From: Candidatus Krumholzibacteriales bacterium
GTDB lineage: Bacteria; Krumholzibacteriota; Krumholzibacteriia; Krumholzibacteriales; WJIX01
Length of the DNA stretch: 15,435 nucleotides
NCBI GenBank assembly: GCA_046483305.1
Contig: JAWODM010000055.1
Coordinates: 1 to 15,435 of the forward strand
Direction of reading: 5' to 3'
Shown here: one piece after another, positions 7,813 through 15,435 of the stretch
How positions within the stretch are numbered: the first letter of the stretch is position 1
Layout: the number at the start of each line of letters is the position of its first letter
Translations under genes and position numbers: made by a program
The notes under the pieces: generated by a model
Databases searched by the model: none
What the model saw: only the letters and a program-made list of their open reading frames with translations
Told to the model about the DNA's origin: nothing

Positions 7813-10800
7813 TTGTATACAGGATTCTTGGATAAGAGCAGAGTCCATCCCAGCAGTATCGAGTCAATGACCATCGGAATAGCTTCTCCGGATGATATCC
7901 GTTCATGGAGTTTCGGTGAGGTCACCAAACCGGAGACCATCAACTATCGTTCATTTAAACCGGAGAAGGATGGCCTGTTTTGTGAAAGAATATTCGGCCC
8001 GGTCAAGGATTGGGAATGTTCCTGCGGCAAGTACAAGCGTGTAAGGTACCGCGGAGTGATCTGTGACAGATGCGGGGTGGAAGTTACCCATTCGAGGGTA
8101 AGAAGAGAGAGAATGGGCCACATTGAACTCGCCGTGCCGGTCGCGCACATATGGTTTCTCAAGGGGATTCCCAGCAGGATAGGGAATCTTCTCGGTTTCT
8201 CGGTCAGGGACCTGGAAAGGCTCCTTTACTATGAATCCAGGGTGGTTATAGACCCCGGCGATTCAGAGCTCGAATACAAGGAACTGATCGATGACGACAC
8301 CTACTACGAGCTGGTCGAAAAAGAGGTCGAATTCACCGCAAAGATGGGCGCTGAAGCGATCAAGGACCTGCTCAGCAAGATCGACATGGATAAGGAGACC
8401 GAGGAGCTCCGGGTGAGCGTTAAAACAGAGACTTCCAAGCAGAGGAAGAAGAAATCCCTCAAGAGGCTGAGGGTAATGGAAGCTTTCCGGAAGAGCCAGA
8501 ATAAGCCGGAATGGATGATTCTGGATGTAATACCGGTACTTCCTCCGGAACTCCGCCCCCTGGTACCCCTGGAAGGGGGAAGGTTTGCAACCTCTGATCT
8601 CAACGATCTGTACCGGAGGGTTATCAACAGGAACAACAGGCTCAAGAAACTTATTGAAATCCGCGCTCCCGAAGTGATTCTCAGGAACGAGAAGAGGATG
8701 CTCCAGGAAGCGGTGGATGCTCTGTTTGACAACGGCAGGCGCCGGCGCCCGGTTAGGGGGCAGGGAAACAGGCCTCTGAAGAGCCTCAGCGATATGCTGA
8801 AGGGCAAGAAGGGCCGTTTCCGCCAGAACCTGCTGGGTAAGCGTGTAGATTATTCGGGCCGTTCGGTGATCGTGGTCGGCCCCGAGCTGAATATGGATCA
8901 GTGCGGGATACCCAAATCGATGGCGCTGGAGCTGTTCAAGCCGTTTATCATCAGAAAGCTGGAGGAGAAGGGTTATGTCCAGACGGTCAAGAGCGCCAAG
9001 AAGCTGGTAGAGAAGGAGCGCCCGGAAGTCTGGGATATCCTGGAAGAGATAATACAGAACCACCCGGTTCTGCTTAACAGGGCGCCGACCCTTCACAGAC
9101 TGGGTATCGAGGGTTTCCACCCCATACTTATCGAAGGAAAGGCCATTCAGATTCATCCCCTGGTCTGCCCCGCCTTCAACGCCGACTTTGACGGTGACCA
9201 GATGGCGGTGCACGTGCCCCTTTCCATTAAGGCGCAGCTGGAGGCCAGGACTCTGATGCTCTCGGCTAATAATGTCATGTCGCCCGCTCATGGCGGCGCT
9301 CTGGCCACTCCTTCGCAGGATATGGTTCTGGGATGTTATTACCTTTCAGTGCCCAAAAAGGGATCCAGGGGAGAGGGCAAGATCTTCTCCGACCCGCGGG
9401 AGGCGATGACCGCCTACGAGGCGGGTGTGATCGCTCTTCATGCTGTTATAAAGGTCCGGATGAACGGAGAGCTGGTGGAGACTACCGCCGGCAGGCTGAT
9501 CTTCAATGAGATAGTCCCGGAAGGGCTGGGATTCATTAACAGGATACTATCCAAGTCCGTGCTCAAGAAGCTGTTCACCAGTAGTTACAAGAAACTGGGG
9601 AATCATGAAACGGTAGAGTTCCTGGAAAGGATGAAGAAGCTTTCGTTCGAAAACGCCACCCTGGCGGGAATCACTCTCGGTATCGACGATATCGTTATCC
9701 CGGACGAGAAGGAAAAGCTGCTGGAGAGGGCCAGAAAGGAAGTCGCAAAAGTAACAAAGAGTTACACCGAAGGCATCATTACCGACGGTGAGAGGTATAA
9801 TAAGATTATCGATATCTGGACCCATACCACCAACGATGTCGCGGATGCAATGGATGAGGCTCTCAGCAACGATCGCGAGGGGCTGAACCCGATATTCATG
9901 ATGTCGAATTCCGGTTCAAGAGGGAGCCGGGACCAGATCCGGCAGCTGGCCGGCATGAGAGGGCTGATGGCAAAACCGCAGAAGACCATTACCGGCGGTA
10001 TAGGCGAAATTATCGAGATGCCGATTACATCTAATTTCAAGGAAGGCCTCTCCATGCTTCAGTATTTCATATCCACCCACGGAGCCCGTAAGGGCCTGGC
10101 CGATACCGCCCTCAAGACTGCGGATGCCGGCTACCTGACCAGGCGCCTGGTGGATGTGGCGCAGGATGTGATTATCACCGAGGAGGACTGCGGCACCATC
10201 ATGGGTATCGACAGCCGGGCTCTGAAAGAGGGCGAAGAAGTTATCGAGTCGCTGAGCGACCGTATCGTGGGGAGGGTGGTTGTTGATGACGTTACCGATC
10301 CTCATACCGGCGAAGTACTGGTGGAAGCCAACACCCTGATTGACGAAGATATGGCCGAACAGATTGAGGAGCAGGGAGTTCAGAAGGTTAAAATCAGGTC
10401 GGTTCTGACCTGTGAAACCGAGATGGGTGTCTGCGGCAGGTGTTACGGAAGTAATGTCGCCACCGGCAGGATGGTCGAGCTTGGCGAGGCAGTCGGTGTG
10501 GTAGCCGCCCAGTCTATCGGAGAGCCGGGAACTCAGCTTACCCTCAGAACCTTCCATGTGGGAGGAACCGCCAGCAGGATAGCGGAGCAGACCCATAAGA
10601 AGAGCACCCACGCGGGAATCGTAAGATTCGAGAACCTCAAGGCGGTAGACGACCGTAATGACCAGAAAAAGGTTATCGGGCGAAAGGGCGAAGTGCTGAT
10701 CTATAATGAGAAGGAAGACCGGGTCAGAGCCAGGTTCGGGCTGCCCTACGGTTCCATACTCAGAGTCGAGGATGGCGATAAGGTAGAAAAGGAAGATATT

Positions 10801-11919
10801 ATCTATGAGTGGGATCCTTACTCCGATTTCATTATTTCCCACTCAGCCGGAAAACTCAAATTCCGCGATATTGAAGAGGGAAGGACCCTCAAGGAGAAGC
10901 TTGACGATAAGACCAGCATGAGAAGAAGAATTATCGTGGAGGACCGGGATAAGAAGATGCACCCTCACATAGAGATGGTGAACAAGAAGGGGGAGATTAT
11001 AAGCAACTTCATTATTCCCACCGGCGCCAGGCTGGTAGTGCATGACGGCGAGGAGGTCAAACCGGGGGATATCATCTGCAGAATTCCCAAGGAGATAACC
11101 AAGACCCATGATATTACCGGGGGGCTGCCCAGGGTGGCCCAGTTGTTTGAGACCCGTAAACCGAAAGATGCGGCGGTCGTATCGGAGATAGACGGCACCG
11201 TGGAGTTCGGCAAGGTCTCGAAGGGTAAGCGCAAGATCGTGATAACGACCGATGACGGCGAAAAACGGGTATATTCGGTTCCCCAGGGCAAACACCTCAG
11301 AGTCTACGAGGGGGACAGGATCCAGGCCGGGGACAACCTTACCGAAGGCCCAGTCAATCCTTTCGATATACTCAACATCAAGGGCGTTAACGCCGTGCAG
11401 GAGTACCTGGTTAATGAAATACAGGAGGTTTACCGCCTGCAGGGAGTCGATATCAACGACAAGCATATCGAGGTTATAGTTGCACAGATGCTCAAGAAGG
11501 TGCAGATCGAGAATCCGGGAGATACCAGGTTCCTGGAAGGCGACCTGGTCAACAAGGGCGAATTCCGCGAGGAGAATGAGAGGGTAATCAAGGAAAAGGG
11601 AAAACCCGCCACATTCAAGCCCAGGCTTCTGGGTATAACCAAGGCGGCCCTGAACACCGACAGCTATATTTCAGCAGCCAGTTTCCAGGAAACCACCAGA
11701 GTGCTGACCGACGCCAGCGTTAGGGGCAAAGAGGACAGGCTCCTGGGATTGAAGGAAAATGTCATTATGGGAGGCCTGATACCGGCAGGGACAGGTTTGA
11801 GAAAGTACAAGAATCTCAGGCTGGTAGAGGAAATGACAGAGGAAGAAATGATGGAGAAGGAATTCACGGAGGAAGAGCTCTCGGAGATGGTAACCGACAT
11901 GAAGGAGGGCGCCTCCTGA
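7813..11919 (+). CDS. rpoC: DNA-directed RNA polymerase beta' subunit
   Basis: N-terminal Zn finger (CSC..CDRC), catalytic [32 protein letters not shown] start with GGAGG at 7802-7806. About 180 aa lie between the trigger helices (10567-11109), as in SI3/beta'i6-containing enzymes. Confidence 0.99.
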   Translation: MYTGFLDKSRVHPSSIESMTIGIASPDDIRSWSFGEVTKPETINYRSFKPEKDGLFCERIFGPVKDWECSCGKYKRVRYRGVICDRCGVEVTHSRVRRERMGHIELAVPVAHIWFLKGIPSRIGNLLGFSVRDLERLLYYESRVVIDPGDSELEYKELIDDDTYYELVEKEVEFTAKMGAEAIKDLLSKIDMDKETEELRVSVKTETSKQRKKKSLKRLRVMEAFRKSQNKPEWMILDVIPVLPPELRPLVPLEGGRFATSDLNDLYRRVINRNNRLKKLIEIRAPEVILRNEKRMLQEAVDALFDNGRRRRPVRGQGNRPLKSLSDMLKGKKGRFRQNLLGKRVDYSGRSVIVVGPELNMDQCGIPKSMALELFKPFIIRKLEEKGYVQTVKSAKKLVEKERPEVWDILEEIIQNHPVLLNRAPTLHRLGIEGFHPILIEGKAIQIHPLVCPAFNADFDGDQMAVHVPLSIKAQLEARTLMLSANNVMSPAHGGALATPSQDMVLGCYYLSVPKKGSRGEGKIFSDPREAMTAYEAGVIALHAVIKVRMNGELVETTAGRLIFNEIVPEGLGFINRILSKSVLKKLFTSSYKKLGNHETVEFLERMKKLSFENATLAGITLGIDDIVIPDEKEKLLERARKEVAKVTKSYTEGIITDGERYNKIIDIWTHTTNDVADAMDEALSNDREGLNPIFMMSNSGSRGSRDQIRQLAGMRGLMAKPQKTITGGIGEIIEMPITSNFKEGLSMLQYFISTHGARKGLADTALKTADAGYLTRRLVDVAQDVIITEEDCGTIMGIDSRALKEGEEVIESLSDRIVGRVVVDDVTDPHTGEVLVEANTLIDEDMAEQIEEQGVQKVKIRSVLTCETEMGVCGRCYGSNVATGRMVELGEAVGVVAAQSIGEPGTQLTLRTFHVGGTASRIAEQTHKKSTHAGIVRFENLKAVDDRNDQKKVIGRKGEVLIYNEKEDRVRARFGLPYGSILRVEDGDKVEKEDIIYEWDPYSDFIISHSAGKLKFRDIEEGRTLKEKLDDKTSMRRRIIVEDRDKKMHPHIEMVNKKGEIISNFIIPTGARLVVHDGEEVKPGDIICRIPKEITKTHDITGGLPRVAQLFETRKPKDAAVVSEIDGTVEFGKVSKGKRKIVITTDDGEKRVYSVPQGKHLRVYEGDRIQAGDNLTEGPVNPFDILNIKGVNAVQEYLVNEIQEVYRLQGVDINDKHIEVIVAQMLKKVQIENPGDTRFLEGDLVNKGEFREENERVIKEKGKPATFKPRLLGITKAALNTDSYISAASFQETTRVLTDASVRGKEDRLLGLKENVIMGGLIPAGTGLRKYKNLRLVEEMTEEEMMEKEFTEEELSEMVTDMKEGAS

Positions 11920-11957
11920 AAAAGCCATAAATACGATTATTTTATTGCAATTAGAGC

Positions 11958-11986
11958 TTGACATTCTATTTTGGAATTGATAAATT
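11958..11986 (+). promoter_or_regulatory. Sigma70-type promoter of the str operon (rpsL-rpsG-fusA-tuf)
   Basis: Perfect -35 TTGACA (11958-11963), 17-bp spacer, TG at 11978-11979, -10 TAAATT (11981-11986), with an AT-rich UP-like tract upstream. Confidence 0.8.
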
Positions 11987-11994
11987 ACTTCTTC

Positions 11995-12032
11995 TGCATC
12001 CTGTACGCAGGAAGGGTGCATGAATTTTTTTT
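11995..12032 (+). terminator. Candidate terminator/attenuator-like hairpin in the rpsL leader
   Basis: TCCTG-TACG-CAGGA stem-loop (11999-12012), extendable by TGCA/TGCA (11995-11998 with 12017-12020), then TGAA and T8 (12025-12032). Confidence 0.4.
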
Positions 12033-12056
12033 CAGCAATATGTTAAGAGGTGGCAA

Positions 12057-12455
12057 GTGCCTACAATAAACCAGCTTATAAGAAAAGGGAGAAAAAAAGT
12101 AAAGAGCAAGACGGGAGCGCCCGCTCTTCAGGGATGTCCCCAGAAGAGAGGAGTGTGCACCCGTGTATACACATCCACTCCCAAGAAACCGAATTCGGCC
12201 ATCAGAAAGGTTGCCAGGGTAAGGCTTACCAACGGAATGGAAGTGACCGCCTATATACCCGGCGAAGGGCACAACCTCCAGGAACACTCCATAGTGCTGG
12301 TGCGCGGCGGGAGGGTGAAGGATCTGCCGGGAGTCCGCTATCATATCATACGCGGAACCCTGGACACCGAGGGTGTGGGAGACAGGAGATCGGGCCGTTC
12401 CAAGTACGGAGTGAGAAAGCCGAAAGAGACAGTTATAGCTTCATCCTCATCATAG
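12057..12455 (+). CDS. rpsL: 30S ribosomal protein S12
   Basis: [44 protein letters not shown] start with GAGGT just upstream. Confidence 0.99.
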   Translation: MPTINQLIRKGRKKVKSKTGAPALQGCPQKRGVCTRVYTSTPKKPNSAIRKVARVRLTNGMEVTAYIPGEGHNLQEHSIVLVRGGRVKDLPGVRYHIIRGTLDTEGVGDRRSGRSKYGVRKPKETVIASSSS

Positions 12456-12471
12456 AACAGGAAATCTGATA

Positions 12472-12939
12472 ATGAGAAAGAACAGAGCTACAAAGAGAGA
12501 TATAAAACCGGACAAGAGATATAACGATGTAACTCTGGCAAAGTTCATAAACTGCCTGATGCTGGACGGGAAGAAGGGAATTGCGGAAAAGGCTGTATAC
12601 GGCGCGCTGGACATCCTCGAAGAAAAGGTCGGAAGCGACGGCCTGGAGGTTTTCAAGAAAGCGCTGAATAATGTTAAACCGATGCTGGAAGTAAGGTCCA
12701 GGCGTGTGGGCGGAGCCACTTATCAGGTTCCCATTGAGATCAGGGCTGACAGAAAAACAGCGCTGGCCATGCGCTGGATCATAGATTTTGCAAGAAAGAG
12801 ATCCGATCATACTATGGCGGAGAAACTGGCCGGGGAGCTCCTCCTTGACTATAACAAGGAAGGCCCCGCTATTAAAAAGCGCAACGACACACACAAAATG
12901 GCCGAAGCCAACAAGGCGTTTGCGCATTACAAATGGTAG
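12472..12939 (+). CDS. rpsG: 30S ribosomal protein S7
   Basis: [29 protein letters not shown] and [15 protein letters not shown] motifs. Confidence 0.99.
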   Translation: MRKNRATKRDIKPDKRYNDVTLAKFINCLMLDGKKGIAEKAVYGALDILEEKVGSDGLEVFKKALNNVKPMLEVRSRRVGGATYQVPIEIRADRKTALAMRWIIDFARKRSDHTMAEKLAGELLLDYNKEGPAIKKRNDTHKMAEANKAFAHYKW

Positions 12940-12980
12940 AGCCGGTTAACGCCTGATGATCGGGTTGAAAATAGAATTCA

Positions 12981-12989
12981 TGGTATGAT
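12981..12989 (+). promoter_or_regulatory. Candidate extended -10 promoter inside the str operon, upstream of fusA
   Basis: TG-G-TATGAT matches TGnTATAAT at 5/6 in the hexamer. TTGAAA at 12965-12970 is only 13 bp away, too close to be a proper -35. Confidence 0.35.
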
Positions 12990-13005
12990 GGGTGGAGGAT
13001 CCCTG

Positions 13006-13050
13006 ATGGTGTCCGTTAATTATCCGGATGTCAATGGAGATAGGGAATAA
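13006..13050 (+). CDS. Candidate 14-aa leader peptide / upstream ORF MVSVNYPDVNGDRE
   Basis: GGAGG at 12994-12998, 7 nt before ATG 13006; TAA at 13048-13050. No homology recognised. Confidence 0.3.
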   Translation: MVSVNYPDVNGDRE

Positions 13051-13092
13051 ATAAATGAATTGCTTGCTGTGTTGGAGTAGCACTTTTAAATT

Positions 13093-13157
13093 TTCGGGGA
13101 TCGTTTAGCCTGCCGGCTTTTCGGACGGGGGCTGGCGGACCCCGGACCGGAAAGGCA
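13093..13157 (+). promoter_or_regulatory. GC-rich structured element immediately before the fusA start
   Basis: 13093-13110 pairs imperfectly with 13130-13146. Alternatively CTTTTCGG (13117-13124) pairs with CCGGAAAG (13147-13154), which overlaps the SD-like GGAAAGG. Confidence 0.45.
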
Positions 13158-13160
13158 TTT

Positions 13161-15239
13161 GTGAAGAAATTTCCTCTGGATAAGGTCAGAAATATAGGAC
13201 TGGCGGCTCATATCGATGCCGGTAAGACCACCGTCACCGAGAGGATGCTCTTCTATACCGGCAAGGTGAACCGGATGGGTGAAGTGCATGAAGGAAACGC
13301 GGTAATGGACTGGATGGAGCAGGAGAAGGAGAGAGGGATCACCATTACTTCCGCGGCCACCACCTGCTTCTGGAAAGACTGCAGGATTAATATCATTGAT
13401 ACTCCCGGCCATGTGGACTTCACCGCCGAAGTGGAGAGAAGTTTCAGAGTGCTGGACGGGCTGGTTATACTTTTCTGCGGAGTAGGCGGTGTGGAGCCCC
13501 AGTCGGAGACAGTGTGGAAGCAGGCCAACAGATATGATGTACCCAGGATCGCCTTTATAAACAAGCTGGACAGAGTCGGGGCTAGTTTTGACAAGACTAT
13601 CGAAATGATGGAAAAGAAATTTGAAATACCCTCTATCCCGGTAGCTCTGCCGATATTTTCGCAGGAGCAGTTCGTCGGTGTAGTGGACCTTGTAAGAATG
13701 AAAGCAATCCATTACAGGGATGAGAGCCTGGGCAAGGAATACCGTGAAGATGAAATACCCGAAGATATGAATGAGCGGGCCCTGGAGCTGCGTGAAAAGC
13801 TCCTCGGCGAGCTGGCCGATTTCAACGAGGAGATAATGCATCACGTGGTGGACGGAACCAGAGTGAGCGAAAAGGCTATCAAGAGCGCCCTTAGAAAAGC
13901 TGTGGATGATATTGCCATAGTACCGGTATTCTGCGGATCGGCCCTGAAGAACAAGGGCATACAGCTGCTGATAGACGGAGTGGTAGATTACCTTCCCTCT
14001 CCTCTGGATATGCCCCGGGTATCGGGAGTCAACCCCTACACGGGGAATGAAGAGATCAGGAACCATTCCGATGAGGACCCCTTCGCCGCGGTTGTTTTCA
14101 AGGTTGCCAACGACCCATATGTGGGGAAGCTCCATTATCTGAGGGTTTACAGCGGTACCCTGGAAACTGGCGACACAATTATTAACGCCACCAATGACAG
14201 GAAAGAGAAATTCAGCAGGGCTCTGGTTATGCATGCTGACAGCAGGCAGAATGTGGAAGAGCTTCATGCCGGTGATATCGTTGCAGTAATAGGACTCAAG
14301 CATTCCACCACCGGCGACAGCCTCTGTGACATCAAACACCCCATCAAGATGAAGATGATGAAGTTTCCCGAGCCGGTTATATCAGTGGCTATCGAACCCC
14401 AGACCAAGGCTGATGACGAGAAGCTGGCCAACGCTCTTAAGAGGCTCAGCGACGAAGATCCTACTTTCCGGATTAACGTAGACGAGGATACCAGGCAGAC
14501 CCTTATTTCAGGAATGGGGGAGCTGCACCTTGAAGTTCTGGTGGAGAGAATGCTCAGAGAGTTCAATGTAAAGGCCAATGTGGGCCGTCCCCATGTGGCG
14601 TACCGCGAGACCATTACCACCGGCACCAAGGCTGAAGGTAAATTTATCAAGCAGAGCGGCGGAAGGGGCCAGTACGGGCATGTGGTAATAGAGATGTCCC
14701 CGGCCCCGGGAAAAGGATTCAGTTTCGTGAACAGGATTACCGGCGGCGCGATACCGAAAATGTTCATTCCCTATGTTGAAAGGGGAGCGAAAGAAGCTCT
14801 TCTGGCCGGTCCCATAAACGGATGCCCGGTGATAGATGTGGAAATTACTCTGGTGGACGGATCTTTTCATGAGATCGATTCATCTGATATCGCTTACCAC
14901 ATAGCTGGCAGCAAGGCGGTTTCTTCGGCGGTGAGGAAGGCAGAGCCGGTGCTTCTGGAACCGATAATGGATGTAGAGATCATTCTGCCGACCGAGTATG
15001 TGGGTGATGTAATGAACGATCTGAACGCCCGCCGCGCCAAGGTGGAGGGTATGCACCACCGGAGCGACGGCCAGATGATATCCGCTTTGACGCCGCTGGC
15101 CAACATGTTCGGCTATGCCACTACATTGAGGTCTCTGACTCAGGGCAGAGCAATATATACAATGGAATTTTCACACTATAACCCTGTGTCTGATGAAAGA
15201 CTCGCCAGAATTCAGGGTCGGATGAGAGGATTAGCGTAA
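13161..15239 (+). CDS. fusA: Elongation factor G (692 aa)
   Basis: [60 protein letters not shown]; str-operon position; GTG start. Confidence 0.99.
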   Translation: MKKFPLDKVRNIGLAAHIDAGKTTVTERMLFYTGKVNRMGEVHEGNAVMDWMEQEKERGITITSAATTCFWKDCRINIIDTPGHVDFTAEVERSFRVLDGLVILFCGVGGVEPQSETVWKQANRYDVPRIAFINKLDRVGASFDKTIEMMEKKFEIPSIPVALPIFSQEQFVGVVDLVRMKAIHYRDESLGKEYREDEIPEDMNERALELREKLLGELADFNEEIMHHVVDGTRVSEKAIKSALRKAVDDIAIVPVFCGSALKNKGIQLLIDGVVDYLPSPLDMPRVSGVNPYTGNEEIRNHSDEDPFAAVVFKVANDPYVGKLHYLRVYSGTLETGDTIINATNDRKEKFSRALVMHADSRQNVEELHAGDIVAVIGLKHSTTGDSLCDIKHPIKMKMMKFPEPVISVAIEPQTKADDEKLANALKRLSDEDPTFRINVDEDTRQTLISGMGELHLEVLVERMLREFNVKANVGRPHVAYRETITTGTKAEGKFIKQSGGRGQYGHVVIEMSPAPGKGFSFVNRITGGAIPKMFIPYVERGAKEALLAGPINGCPVIDVEITLVDGSFHEIDSSDIAYHIAGSKAVSSAVRKAEPVLLEPIMDVEIILPTEYVGDVMNDLNARRAKVEGMHHRSDGQMISALTPLANMFGYATTLRSLTQGRAIYTMEFSHYNPVSDERLARIQGRMRGLA

Positions 15240-15254
15240 TGAAGGAGGAGTCCA

Positions 15255-15435
15255 ATGGCTAAGGAGAAGTTTGAAAGAACGAAGCCGCATTTGAACGTAG
15301 GGACGATAGGGCACGTAGATCACGGCAAGACCACGCTGACGGCGGCGATAACGAAGCATTTGGCGGATAAGGGGATGTCGCAGTACATTCCTTTTGATGA
15401 TATAGACAAGGCTCCGGAGGAGCGGGAGCGGGGTA
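15255..15435 (+). CDS. tuf: Elongation factor Tu, 5' part (runs off the window); absent from the supplied ORF track
   Basis: Hand translation: [60 protein letters not shown]. Strong SD AAGGAGG at 15242-15248. Confidence 0.99.
   Translation, partial: MAKEKFERTKPHLNVGTIGHVDHGKTTLTAAITKHLADKGMSQYIPFDDIDKAPEERERG

Noticed and set aside
4007..11919. Inteins, introns, a split rpoC or an rpoB-rpoC fusion
   Set aside because: Lengths are normal, both genes are uninterrupted and separated by a stop and a 17-bp spacer, and the insertions match known lineage-specific domains.
12177..12330. Streptomycin-resistance positions in S12 and the PNSAIRK variant
   Set aside because: Both key lysines (TPKKP, RVKDL) are intact; Leu to Ile is conservative.
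12050..12469. 139-aa alternative-frame ORF overlapping rpsL
   Set aside because: The supplied start does not match a good start codon with an SD, it fully overlaps a highly conserved gene, and it has no recognisable features.
332..15106. Many minus-strand ORFs, including 459-1343, 8263-9291, 9916-10842 and 13086-14339
   Set aside because: All lie antisense to conserved essential genes and show no recognisable motif; they are consistent with shadow ORFs caused by codon bias.
1..15435. Alternative genetic code or stop-codon recoding
   Set aside because: TAA, TAG and TGA all end genes at or near the expected C-termini and no conserved gene has an internal stop.

Overview
Core housekeeping cluster of a bacterium, all on the + strand: tuf (3' end) - rpmG - secE - nusG - rplK - rplA - rplJ - rplL - rpoB - rpoC - rpsL - rpsG - fusA - tuf (5' end). 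A 7-aa insert in RpoC ([15 protein letters not shown]) points to the FCB superphylum or a Gemmatimonadota-like neighbour. I see no mobile element, CRISPR array, intein, tRNA or accessory gene, and no new multi-gene system. The unusual signals lie inside and between core genes. (1) L7/L12 has a ~90-aa Lys/Glu N-terminal extension, and L10 appears to bind three L12 dimers. (2) The 221-bp rpsG-fusA spacer holds a candidate promoter, a short ORF with a strong Shine-Dalgarno (SD) site and two alternative RNA pairings over the fusA SD. (3) A nested 22-bp palindrome sits where tRNA-Trp often lies. (4) NusG has an acidic N-terminal extension. (5) A hairpin plus U-tract follows the rpsL promoter. All RNA structures were paired by eye, not computed, and consensus comparisons are from memory.
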